From NCBI GenBank assembly GCA_964016885.1, contig OZ024741.1:23684001-23748000 (forward strand): a stretch of 64,000 bases of DNA, read 5' to 3'. A program made the translations under genes and the position numbers. How positions within the stretch are numbered: the stretch's first letter is position 1; the number at the start of each line of letters is the position of its first letter. This DNA is from Eledone cirrhosa (Eukaryota). Under the pieces are notes generated by a model. The model was not told the DNA's origin and searched no databases. It saw only the letters and a program-made list of their open reading frames with translations. Below, piece by piece: positions 50,655-62,450 of this stretch.

Positions 50655-50936
50655 GGGGAGCAAAAGAGTCACTGGCTGTGGTGTTCGAGATGAGACACCT
50701 GCCTCTGGCCCAGGGACAAAGGGTAAGGCCGTCTAGTCACTTCCCATCACTTCTGGATAACCAACTGGCTCCAGAACTGATGGGATATTTATCCAAGCCA
50801 GGGCCAGTTAAATGATCAGGTTTAGCCCGGTGTGGCAGGCGAAACGACCAACATTCAGACGGCAAGACAAACCATGTAAGCCTGTGAAGTCGAGAGACCC
50901 ACCACATCAACATCTCAGACCCCAACAAACGTCGGC
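50655..50936 (-). mobile_element. Second CRE-clade fragment (Zn knuckle and RLE endonuclease start)
   Basis: Manual minus-strand translation: VCWGLRC*CGGSLDFTGLHGLSCRLNVGRFACHTGLNLII*LALAWINIPSVLEPVG, then a frameshift to LSRSDGK*LDGLTLCPWARGRCLI. Confidence 0.8.
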
Positions 50937-51343
50937 TCCCAACATTTTTTCCTCGAGATTTTTGTGTGCTATCAATTAATCTAACTTCCAAGATTCTGGC
51001 AATTCTACCTTATTATCATATAACAAATATATAAGATTAAATAGCAATACATACATATAATTAATCAATTATTGCTAGGAACTTTTTATATTTATAAATA
51101 TATTACACCATATTTCTAATAAAAACCGCTGCCTATCATTTTCGATCTATAAAAGTAATCAAGAATTTGGAAAGATTTATTAAAGTAACTTTCTGATTAT
51201 TAAGCTTGTATTTGGAGGATAACTTAAAGTTTCTAACATAAAATATGATAAATGTTGTTTTATTTAAATAAATATAAACACTTTAAAATAAATATCTTTA
51301 TAGTGTAGAAAGAGCGGCGGTTTCGGGTGGGTTGAAGTATTGA

Positions 51344-51420
51344 ACTTACATCGATCTCATCTACCTTCCGATATCGATATAAATATAAAGGTTGTATATA
51401 TCGATACACTATCGAAAAAT
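51344..51420 (-). promoter_or_regulatory. Candidate CCDC61 promoter and short non-coding first exon
   Basis: TATCGATA at 51372-51379 and 51399-51406 plus partial copies, local CpG enrichment, and a minus-strand donor gtaagt at 51349-51344. Confidence 0.35.
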
Positions 51421-52125
51421 GTTTAAATGTTTTAATTAACACATGCTTATTAACAAATACTACAGCTTGTGTTTTTAATTACGTAAAATAGTTACTTATT
51501 TTATTCACAGCTGTATAAATAACATTACAAATTGCTCACAATTCTTACAGAATGAAAATATAAACATATATAAACATATAATAAATACAATTAACTATTG
51601 CTAGGAACCTCACCAATATATATGGTCAGAGCGAGAGAAAGGAAATTAATTCATAATATAGTTAAAAACGATGAAAGTTTAATCAAGTCAGAACTTGTCT
51701 TGGGACATATTTGTTAATATAGTTAGGTTGTCACATATACCTGGATTTCATTCCTTACCTAAATTGTTTTCTTTCTTGCGTTTTCACATCATCAACGAAG
51801 TGGTCGGATATTTATGAGAAATAAAGCAATGTTTATGACGATTTCGATAATCCTCACAATGTATAGCAATCTAATGTTCTGGAAGATAGATTGTTTTGGT
51901 ATAAAAGTGCTGAAAAATATATATTATAAACATTTGTGGTCCCTTATGTTGAAATAGGTCGCAGCAATCTTTTAAAGCCAGCGCCACAAACAGCAAGAAA
52001 GACAGTTGCTCTGATTGGATAAACAGATGAGATTTATGGAAGGCCCTATTGTAATATATATATTGATGTGTTTTTCCGTTCCTTCCTCTTCTCAGTCTTT
52101 CTATTTCATCTTTTATTTCTCATTC

Positions 52126-52166
52126 TATCTTCTGATGAAGGACTAGTGTCCGAAACGTCAAAACTC
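52126..52166 (+). ncRNA. Minimal type-I hammerhead ribozyme motif (Penelope-like element type)
   Basis: tctt-CTGATGA-a-GGAC-tagt-GTCC-GAAA-CGTC-aaaa: intact core, 4-bp stem II, palindromic ACGT stem III, and a weak stem I. Confidence 0.75.
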
Positions 52167-52447
52167 TTTCCCTATTATTTCAAGCGTCAAACTAATATAT
52201 TTCTCCGTCATTTGCTTTGTTATATCTGTTTACGTTTTACACACACACATATATATATACTTCGTTTTTGTATTTGTTTTGCAAGATTTCTTACCTGAAA
52301 ACGTATGTCGAAACAGATATTGTTATACTTGATAGGGGGAGGGGTCATCCTGCCAATTAAAATACACGTGCCTGTTTGTTTTCACTTCAATTTATTATAA
52401 AAACACCCAGTCAGTTTAATAACCTGATGGTTGTTTAGTTGTTGATT

Positions 52448-52490
52448 GTCAAAGCTCTTTCATAACACATTCCGTGACCTCTTCAGTGAC
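52448..52490 (-). ncRNA. Degenerate minimal hammerhead ribozyme motif
   Basis: Minus strand GTCA-CTGAAGA-ggtcac-ggaat-gtgttat-GAAA-gagc-T-T-TGAC. Stem I (GTCA/TGAC) is intact; stem II is partly broken. Confidence 0.55.
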
Positions 52491-52544
52491 TACATTTGTT
52501 GTTATTTTGTGTCTCTCCTTTGTTCCATCCTACACCAAACAAAA

Positions 52545-53705
52545 ATTTAGCGTGCAGGTAGGTGTCCACCAAGGCTCCATCCTTAACCCCTCTCCTACAA
52601 GCTATAACAGAAGAGTTTAAGACCAGTTGCCCATGGGAACTTCTGTATGCAGATGATCTAACACTTATAGCTGAATCTATGGCAGAATCAGAGAAGAAAT
52701 TCTAAACCTGGAAGCATAGCCTAAAATCAAAAGGACTTAAAGTTAACTTGTCAAAGTCCTAGTATGTAGAAAAGAAAACAGGGTCCAGATTCCCTTAGGG
52801 AAATGACCTAGCTCAGCTTTCAGGAAAGGAGTTGGTAGAAATTCTATCCTATGTCCCAAATGCAAGCTATGGGTTACAAACTCTTTCAAATGCCCAGAGG
52901 GCTCTGTAGAAACAGTCAACAGTTTCTGTTATCTATGTGACCAAATTAGCACTGGGGGAGGTTGTTCCAAAATTACAGTAGCCAGAGTAAGAACAGAGAG
53001 GAGAAAGTTCAGGGAGCTACTACTGCTACTAGCTACAAAAGGTTTTTTTCCTCAAAATAATGGGAGGCTTGTTTGATACATGTATACAAACAGCAATGTT
53101 ACATGGCAGTAAGACCTGGACGCTGTGTGCAGAGGACCTGTGAAGATTGGAAAGAAATGAAGCCTGCATACTTCAATGGATGTATACATGTATCAAACAA
53201 TAAAATATAAATGAACTGAGAGAAAAACTAGGCATAAGAAGGATCATATGCAGTTTACAGGAGAGGAGATTGCATTGGTATGGACATGTGATGTATATGA
53301 AGGATGACAGCTGTATAAAAAGGTGCAGAGCACTGAAAGTTGATGGAAGCTATAGGAAGACTAGGGATGAGGTGATAAAAGCTGACCTTGGACAATTGCA
53401 CCTCTCAAATATGATGACACAGGACCGAGATCTCTGATGTTATGCAGTAGACCAGCCTTCCCATGAGCACAGGCTGGAGCATACATCTAGTATGCACCAC
53501 TTTCGCCTCCATTCCTCTTTCCATACACCTCTCACGTCCTAATACCCTACCCATGTCCTAATACTCCAAACCCTCACACACACCCCTACCATAGTCCCCA
53601 GTCCGTATTCTAAAGTGGTCATGTGGGTGTCATGACAAAAAGCACCCAGTCCACACTGTATCCAGTTGTAGAAACCAAGCCAGAAACAGTTCTGTATGAG
53701 CAAAA
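52545..53705 (+). mobile_element. Degenerate RTE LINE 3' portion with partial 3'UTR
   Basis: FSVQVGVHQG, PWELLYADDL, KGLKVNL, FCYLCD, AMLHGS.TW and LHWYGHVM with stops. The second half of the PHD finger is deleted. Confidence 0.9.
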
Positions 53706-53879
53706 CACATATGTATGTATATGTGTGTGTGTTAGGTGTGTAACATCTTTTTTGATGGCTGTGGTGCTGGCTTTAAAAGAATACAGCGACCTATTTTAAT
53801 ACAAGGGACCAGAAATGTTTAATTGTCTTACATAACTGTCACTCTAATACATCCTTGATATGGTTATAATAAGCTAACA

Positions 53880-54275
53880 TGCCAAATCTTTTTTTCCAAC
53901 TTGAAGGTTTGGGCTACTACACCACTTTAAACACTACCTGTCATACCTGTCTTGTCACAGCTGACTGGTTCCACAATGCAGTCAGGACATGAGGACAACT
54001 TGGAGGCTTGATATACAATAAAGTTTTGTGTCAAGCTCGGCAAAAACGCTGCAGAAACCTATGAAATAGTCAAAACTGTTTATGGACTAAGTTTCAGGAG
54101 CCAGGCAACTGTTTTCCGCTAGCGCAAGGTAGCCTTCCACAAGTGGCTGGAATGCTACAACAAATGCATTGAAGTTGGAGGATCCTACTTTGAGGGAGAC
54201 CTTAGTTTTGGTTGATCTGAGTTAAATAAATGTCTCTCTAATAAAAGTCTTCAAACCTCTTGAATCTATTTGTAC
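53880..54275 (+). mobile_element. Internally deleted mariner element
   Basis: The N-terminal HTH YTIKFCVKLGKNAAETYEIVKTVYG..SQATVFR is joined directly to the C-terminal AFHKWLECYNKCIEVGGSYFEGD. Confidence 0.8.
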
Positions 54276-54335
54276 ATTCAACAACTTTAACTATGGAACA
54301 AAATCAAAGACATAATCAGAATATTTAATATAATT

Positions 54336-54510
54336 GTTTCTACTTTTGGCACAAGGCCAGCAATTATCCCAGTGCATTACTGGTACTTTATTTTATCGAC
54401 CCCGTAAGGATGAAAGGCAAAGTTAACTTCGGTGGGATTTGAACTCAGAATGGCAAGGGCCGTAACTTATGCATCAAAGCATGGTGTCCAATCCTCTACC
54501 GATACTGCCA
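54336..54510 (-). mobile_element. tRNA-derived SINE with a Nin-domain-like core
   Basis: Minus-strand A box TGGCAGTATCGG, B box GAGTTCAAATCC, then tttgcctttcatcc...ggggtcgataaaataaagtaccag. Confidence 0.8.
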
Positions 54511-54569
54511 AAATAAAACAAAGTTATGAATGATGATCTATAGATTTATACATCGAAATAGAAATAAGT

Positions 54570-55190
54570 ATGGAATGTCTACAGATTCTGCCAGTCATAT
54601 AAAACATGGCAGGCTGCTTCATTCATCATAACGAGCTAAAGCTAATTATCAAGTGGGCCCTGGCTGGAGTAAATATTCCCTCAATTTTAGAACCAGCTGG
54701 ATTGTCTAGGGTTGATAAACAGAGGTTAGATGGCCTCACTCTTTCTCCCTGTGTAACTGGTAAATGTCACTTTTGGGACGCCACAGTCAGCGACTATTTT
54801 CCTCCTTCCCACATCCTATGTGCTGCAGTAAAGGTGAAAGTCACTGCTTTTGTAGTCAAACAGAATAAAATTCTAAAATACCAAGAATTATCTTCTTTTT
54901 TTCATGTATTGACAATGATGTTCTTGTCATTGTTGGCAGCTTGCCTTACCGAGGTGTCAGATGCTGCCTGTGATGGTGCTTGGTTGTTCCAGCATCTTAG
55001 TCTTGCTATCACCTGCATTAATGCTGTGTGTTGGCTTGTCTCAAAATATATTAGAATGAAACTTCAACACCGCTGGTTGTAGCATGTGATTCAGTGTGGA
55101 TCTTTTCTCTTTTCTTCATTCCTCTCCTCTTTTTCTTCATTTTTTTTTAGTTCTGTATATTAAAATGTTTTTTTTTATTGCAAATAAACA
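54570..55190 (+). mobile_element. CRE-clade 3' fragment: RLE endonuclease and 3' end
   Basis: HHNELKLIIKWAL..IPSILEPAGLSRVDKQRLDGLTL..WDATVSD..WLFQHLSLAI..NA. It ends in aataaa followed by (TA)n. Confidence 0.82.
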
Positions 55191-55339
55191 TATATATATT
55201 TATATATATAGTATAAATATTACCAATAAAAAAAGGAAAAGAAAAAAGAAAAACACACAAGCAGGTAATACACACATCTAGGAGCACATACAACAAAAGG
55301 CAGGTGAAAGGGGTGGACAAACGAACTGCTGCCAGAATT

Positions 55340-55550
55340 ATATATATGAAAGAAATTTATCATAAACGTATACACACATATATATATGTAATATATACAC
55401 ACACACACATATATATGTAATATACACACACAGACACTCATATATATGTAATATACATACACACACACATATATGTAATATACACACACACACATATATA
55501 TATATATATTATATATATATATGTAATACTCATACATACACACACATCAT
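55340..55550. repeat. Compound (TA)n/(CA)n microsatellite
   Basis: Direct inspection. Confidence 0.9.
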
Positions 55551-55679
55551 CACCATCATCATATCTACGGTAGAGTGAGGGGTATATAATGATGGTAAAA
55601 ACAGTTACTAAGGAGCAATGGTGGAGAGGTAGGAGACATTTTTATACTAGTAAATAAATCTTCCTCAGTACTGCATGTC

Positions 55680-56600
55680 TCTAAGCTTTGCAGTCTTTTG
55701 TTATCACTGTCATCAGAGTCAGCTTCTTAAGGTTGGTCTTTACTACCTCATCTCATGTCTTCTTAGGTCTACCTCTTCCACAGGTTCCATCCACAGATTT
55801 TTCTGCACCATTTTATACAGCTGTTATCTCCATTCTATAACATGTCCATACCAACACAGTCTTCTCTCAGTTCACTTACGCTATGTCTACGGTGCACAGT
55901 AATATTACAGCTCCACCAAAGCATGTTCATTTCATTTCTTTCTCGCCTTTACAGGTCTTCTGCAGTTATGGTCCATGTCTCACTGCCATGTAGCATTGCA
56001 GTTCACTTGTAAGCATCATATAGTCTACCCTTCATTCTGAGAGATACGCACTTTCTTTTCAGCTGAGGTACTAGCTCCATGACTTTTAGCAGTTTGTCTC
56101 TTCCTGACTGTCATAGATCTTAAGTAGGATTTTTCTGAATTTGTTGCCAGCTGAGGACTCTTTTCAGCTTCCATATCTTTCTTCTCCAGATAAGCTTTAG
56201 TTTCTGAGTTCATCTAGCCCTAACCCTAAGATCAGTGATAACTAATTTGTGTTGGGAGGTACATTATTCACCAGGGAAGGACTTGGCATTTACAACTATT
56301 TGTCTATCCTGTTTCTTAGTGAAGATGATGTCTATACCCTGATTAGTTGGTAATCATTTGGTTGGCTGTTTTCCTGAAGTTTGTGTTACAAATGGTTAGA
56401 TAAAAAACATCACAAACTTTAGAAGCCATGACTCCCCCACCTCATTTCTTTACCATACCTATAACCTCCATGCACACTGAAAACAACATTGCAGTGTTGC
56501 CAAACGTATCCAATGAAATTACAAACTGTGATAAGGTCATTGTTGTTTGTGAGTCAAGTAATCAGCAATAGGATCTTTTAGAAGTTATCCTTCTGATCGT
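55680..56600 (-). mobile_element. Degenerate RTE fragments (C-terminal part 55680-56060, APE part 56220-56600)
   Basis: The minus strand reads AMLHGSETWT, LCWYGHV, VNAKSFPGE and CNTNFRK. Confidence 0.75.
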
Positions 56601-57009
56601 TTGCAAGTCCAGCTTCCAGAGATTAGAGTAGCTATTGAAGTGTTCAAGGCTTTTAACATGTTGGACTGGATTTCATCTTCTCCAGTGGCTTTGCCACAAT
56701 TGAGCTCAGCCTCCGAGAGTCACCGCTCCCAGATGCACCTCATGTACATCAGAAGATGCTGTTGTGATCAGAAAAGTAAGGATGCACCCCCTTAAAGAGA
56801 GGGAACCCCAGACATGTTCCTGATAGCAGGTGTGGAGGAGGACTTCTTATTACAGTCAGCGGATGGTCTGTCAGAAGACTTTATTTGCTGATCTGAAGTT
56901 GGATTCTAGCTTAACACAAAAGTCTTCCCATGCTTTAACTTTGGATGCCTTTACTGTCTCTACATCAACTTTTCATGCCTGCTTTTATCACAAATACAAG
57001 GAGGAGGAC

Positions 57010-57740
57010 TTATTTGCAAGCCAAGCTTTGTAAGCCTCCTTCTTTGACCCCCTTGATTGAACCAAGGTGTCCTCCTGCCACCCGGTGCCACACCAAACCT
57101 CTTTCACCTGCAACATATAACAGCTGAAGCAGAAACTGCTGAGCTGAACAATCTCCACTCTCTCTCAATGTCCTCAGTTTGCTCAGGGAGTTCTCTGCAA
57201 TAGTATCTGCATACCTGGCCCTGGCTTCCTTATTCCTCAACATTACCCACTTTATCCTGTTGGCTACTCTGGATCTGCCAGTTTTGTAGGCTTCTTTGGC
57301 TGTTGCAGATAACTTGGTGATCAGTTGACAGCTCAGACCATCTCTTAACACAAACATTCAGCACAGAATCAAAGGGATCAGAGACAATAACAAAATCAAT
57401 TATTGATCCCTGTCCCTGATTCCTCTTATACCATATATATTTATGGATGTCTCTGTGTTGGAAGAAGGTGTTCATAATAGAGAGTCCATTGCTAGGACAG
57501 AAGTTTAATAAGGCCTCTCAGTTCGCATTTAGATTGGGGTCGCCATTCCATCCAATCACTCCTTTCCATGTCAGGTGGTCAGTGCCAACATGTGCATTGA
57601 AGTCTTCCAGCAGGATATATGACTCAGTCATAACTACATCTAACACTGCAGTGATTTCATCAAAGAAGGATCTGTATTTGGATTTCTTGTTTGGTGCATA
57701 AACTTCCACCACACACAGAGACCTATCTTTCAACCTAAGC
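57010..57740 (-). mobile_element. APE domain of a second RTE family, degenerate
   Basis: VYAPN, EDFNAHVG, WKGVIG, NTFFQH, SIIDFVIVS and LSTDHQ across frameshifted ORFs. Confidence 0.8.
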
Positions 57741-57914
57741 TTATATTCCCAATTTTCAAAAACAGAGATGCCGCATAAATATTCAGAAACACGTCTGACA
57801 TTCTCATACGGCTACTGAGATAGTTGTGACATGATCACAGCTTAAAATATTCATAGCGAGACTCTTGAATATTTATACATAAACATATGCCTTCATAAAC
57901 ACCTTATTATATAA

Positions 57915-57991
57915 TATGTATATATATGTGTGTGTGTGTAGAGAGAGAGAGGATATATATATATATATATATATAATAAAAGTATGTGTTC

Positions 57992-58059
<68 letters not shown>

Positions 58060-58125
58060 TATATACATATACAGATGATGCATACACATATGTGTTTGTG
58101 TGTTTACATGTATATATAAATATAT
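57915..58125. repeat. (TA)n-dominated microsatellite
   Basis: Direct inspection. Confidence 0.9.
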
Positions 58126-59869
58126 ATCGAACCAATTAAGGACAAATTTGTGAAACGAGATTATTCTAGATAAATTTTGTAACAAAACTTTTTCCAAATA
58201 CATGACATTGAAAGACTGGTTGATATGGCAAATTTCCTCTTCAAGAACCCAAGAAAACTGATCATGTTTTCAGCAAGTACGATAAAATCTGTTATATAAA
58301 CACGCAGACATGTAATAGTAATACAAACAAAAAAGATGTTTAAAATAAAATGATGTAAGCAAGTATGGTTGCGACAGATAGTTAAAATTGTAATTTGTGG
58401 TGATGGTGGTGGAGCGTTACAGTGCAATTATGCAACTAGAGGTTAATTATAGTATTAGGAATCGCAGAATCAGCCTCTCTTAAACTATACTTTCTTACTT
58501 GCGACGGTGTATTAAATAAAAGTGAAAAAAAAAAACCCATTGAAAGGGAAACGTATTAGAAGAGAAGGAGTTGTGTTAAGGTTTTACAGTTAACTACCCC
58601 TTATTAGGGGTGTGTGTGTTGGTAAGAGAGAGAAAGAGAAAGATGTAGTTCTGCAGAACTATCAGCTGGAATCGACTTTGGTTTCTTCACCACCACCGTC
58701 ATTAACCAGATTAAAAAAACGACAACACAATCAAATGAATAAAACAGTTGACTATAAACGAAAAACGAAACAACACAGCAATAACTATGTTCGTGTTTGA
58801 AATATATATGTATATTTTTTAATGTGATTAAATAACACTAAGCGATCTTTCTGATAATTTCACACACTGCACCATATACATCTCTGTTGCTAGTGTTAGG
58901 TCGAGGCCGCCGTGAAAGTACAGCTTACTACGATTACAACAACCACTATTACTACTACTATTACCACCACCATTGGATGGTTTAGTAAGCAGGAGTAGTA
59001 ATTGTAGCAGGAAAGTTGCACACTGGGAAAATGGATGGTCTGCCGCCCTACATGTCTACATAACTCAACGGATTTAATGTAAATTGAATATAATTGTTTC
59101 ATCTACCACTCTCCTGTACAACTGGAGTTACTATCTCCAACATCCTTGCCGTCTTCTCTAACATTCCACCAGTTAAAGGTAAAAGAAATTACTTCTTCCG
59201 TTTTATTAGCAGTTTTGCACAAACTGTTGTTGCTGCTTCTTTCCCCTCACTTTCTCTTTCTCACCCTCCCCTTTTCATGCACGCGATATTAATACTGGTT
59301 GTTTGTCAACTTATTGGTACCTTAAATATTTCTACCAGTTTTATCGCATTCGTATTTGACAAGAAACCCATTTTTCAACGACATCAATACTTTTAGAGTT
59401 GTTAAAGAAAAGCGATGTGATTGTAATGATGTTTATGGTTACAGCAGGTGCTTTAGTCTCCCTCTCGTTATTATCAGCATCTACATCATCAACATAACCT
59501 TAATCATCACACCTATTAAAGCTGGCCTAACGTTGTAAATAACGTGTTCATTAAAACTTTTAAACTGGATTATCAAGCTTAAATTTCACACTTTACTTTT
59601 GTTTATTTTCTGACTGACTGTAAAATTATTTCTTAGTTTCTATTCCAGGGCAGTTTTCTAACACAACAATAACTGTTTTGTGATGAAAATTATTTAGCTC
59701 AGTTGCAGCCATTTCCTCTCCTATTTTTTCAAACCTGTAAATAATCTTTGACGATTAAAAAAATATTAGTAGATTATGTAACAACGCCGTCTCTGTTTAC
59801 AGTAAATATTTTTTCACTAGATTGCAGTTTCTCAGACTGTCAACTAGTTAACTTAAAACTCGTAGCATA

Positions 59870-60112
59870 GCCACACACACAGACAGACATAGCCACACAC
59901 ATATGCACACACACATATATACACATACATATACACGCACACATACATATACACACATACTCACACAGAGACAGACACACACACACATATGCACACACTG
60001 ACAGACACACACATATACGCATACACACAGGCACATGCACACATACACACACAGACATACACTCGTAGGCAGACAGACAGACATGCATACATACATACAC
60101 AAGAGTGTGTGT
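59870..60112. repeat. Imperfect (CA)n microsatellite
   Basis: Direct inspection. Confidence 0.9.
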
Positions 60113-60518
60113 ATAAATGTTCTATCACACACAAGCAAACATTTCCCCCTACCACTAATTGCTCCACACATGCAGTGTTTCTGCTGACATATACATCTAC
60201 TCCACCACCCAGCCTGTGTCGTTTTAACCACTTTCTCCCTCAGTGATGTTACATTACAGTACAAGGCTTTCAGTCGCTGCTTAACACTAGTGTGTGTGTG
60301 TGTGTGTATGTGTGTGTGTGTGTTGGTCCTCCGTCGTTTTCGACTTCGAATGTTCAGTTGTTACAACTAGAACAGCCAGCTTATGAAATTAGCGTGCAAG
60401 TGGCTGTGTATTCCACAGACACTTGCACCATTAACGTAATTCTCAGGGAGATTCAGCGTAACACAATGGGTGACAATGCTAGTAGCCCTTTGAATTACAA
60501 GTACAGTGCATCTGACAG

Positions 60519-60663
60519 ACTTCCAAACAGTCACCATCTGCCAAGTTTCGTTCACATGTCAGAGGTCAACCCGAAGCTATAATAAATAACACTTGCCCAA
60601 GATGCCACACAGTGGATTTGAACCCAGAACCCTGTGAAACGAACTCCTTCACAATTCATCCAT
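60519..60663 (-). mobile_element. tRNA-derived SINE head with a CORE-like segment
   Basis: Minus-strand B box GGTTCAAATCC (60624-60614) followed by cttgggcaagt. Confidence 0.65.
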
Positions 60664-60809
60664 CAAATTGCTAATGCCAACCACATTTACAGTGTGGACT
60701 GGGCGTTCCTTGTCATGACACCTACACGACCACTTTACAGTGTGTACTGGATAGTTGTTATCGTGACTCCGAGATGACTTTTTTACAATGTGGACTATTG
60801 CATACACTG

Positions 60810-62450
60810 AGGCTCAGAGTTCTCCACATGTTGGCTTTCTTAGTTGCACACTTGATGTTAGCCCATTCTGAAGCAGATTCCTAAAAATATCTTACACCAT
60901 TCGATATAGCAGTGCACTACTTGTTTCTATTTAATGCCACAACCTCCCACAGAGATGGGTCAATATTGCAGTGTGTTAAGGAATCTTTCACACAGTCCTT
61001 GAAATGCAGTTTTTATTTGTGTTGCGGTCTTACACCAGGTATTAACTCACTGTAAAGGACTTCTTTTGGGATTCTGCAGTCGTCAGATCTAACGATGCGT
61101 CCTACCCATTGGAGTCAATGCTTGTGGATGTAAGCTTCAATGCTGACTGCTCCTGTACCTTGTAATATTTCAGTGTCTGCTGTGTGTGTACTCCAGTGAA
61201 CCCTGAGAATGTCACACAGGCAACGCTGGTGAAACTGTTTGGGGAGTTAAATGTACCTGTGATAAACAACCAAGGTCTCACAGGAATATAAGAGAATAGA
61301 CAGAACACATGCATTGTATACTGCTATTTCTGGTTCTTTTCTAATTCCCTTCTGGCTCCAAAGATGTACTCTAAGAACCAGTAGCTCTTTTAATATAGGA
61401 GGCAATTTCATCATCTAATGTGCAACACTGGATAAATGTACTTCCCAGATATGGAAATCTATGGACTACTTTGAGTTTTTGTCCATCTAACTGAATGGAT
61501 TGTTCTATATAAGGAGATCCCAGAGCTAGTTGAAACATTACTACAGTTTTATCAAGGCTAATAGTTAATCAAAAGGCTTTACATGAACAAGACAGTCTAG
61601 TCATGAAGTTTAGCATATATGTAAGTGAATGGGCAACTAGATTGTAGTCATCAGCATAAAGAAGATTGTGAATGAGAATTTAGAGGTCTTTAGTCTTTCC
61701 TGAGGAGCGATACCTGATGTAGATGCCATCAATACAGTCCCTAAAGTCAGCAATTAGAACCACAAAGAAATAAATAGAAAAAAGACTAAGAACCATGAGA
61801 TCACCCTACTTAACACCATACTTAACTTTGATTGGCTCTGAAATGATACCACAATATTTATCAATGCCTCCATGTCATGAAAAGATTTGATTATATTAAC
61901 AAAGTATTCTGAGCACCTTAATCTAACAAGAATCTCCCATAGAGCAGCTCTGTTCACCGTATCACAGGCTTTGTTAAGTCCACAAATACCTGATACAGGT
62001 TCTGTTGTTTGTAACACTTTTCTTGAATTTGACGTGCTGTAAATATCATATCAATTGTACTTCTTTTGAGCCGAGAGCCACATTGTGATCCCGATAAGAT
62101 CAGATTTAATATATTACTATTTAGTCATGAAAGCATGAGTGATGCAAGAATTTTATTTGCAGCACAAGGAAAAGCCATCCCTCTATAATTTCTACACACC
62201 TCTTGCTGGCCTTTGGTTTTGTATAAAGGGATCATGATTGCATCTTTCCAATCCTTTCGTACTTCACCCTCTCACCATATTTCCAAAACTTTTCAGACAT
62301 GATTGCATCTTTCCAATCCTTTGGTACTTCACCCTCTTGTCATATTTCCAGACTTGGTTCATGCATGATTTCTCCTAGTCTTTCACCACCATATCTAAAA
62401 ATCTTTGTGAACAATCCCTCCTTTCCTACGGTTTTATCTAAGTTAAGTTT
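60810..62450 (-). mobile_element. Degenerate BovB-like RTE LINE, RT region
   Basis: The minus strand reads NYRG, LNKACDTVNRAALWEIL, NLLYADDY and FPYLGS. A ~65-bp internal duplication lies at 62233-62355. Confidence 0.8.

Larger units (their letters stand above)
49750..51650. repeat. AT-rich diverged segmental repeats with a recurring tattgctaggaac motif
   Basis: 49998-50071 resembles 51010-51083, and 50228-50335 resembles 51500-51620. The (ta)ttgct(a/g)ggaac motif occurs at ~49764, 50313, 50398, 51070 and 51596. Confidence 0.75.
51928..53820. repeat. ~74-bp inverted repeat pair (51928-52001 and 53747-53820)
   Basis: aaacatttgtggtcccttatgttgaaataggtcgcagcaatcttttaaagccagcgccaca versus the reverse complement aaacatttctggtcccttgtattaaaataggtcgctgtattcttttaaagccagcaccaca. 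Confidence 0.85.

Noticed and set aside
55096-60582. ORFs rich in YI, CV or HT dipeptides
   Set aside because: Translations of (TA)n and (CA)n microsatellites.
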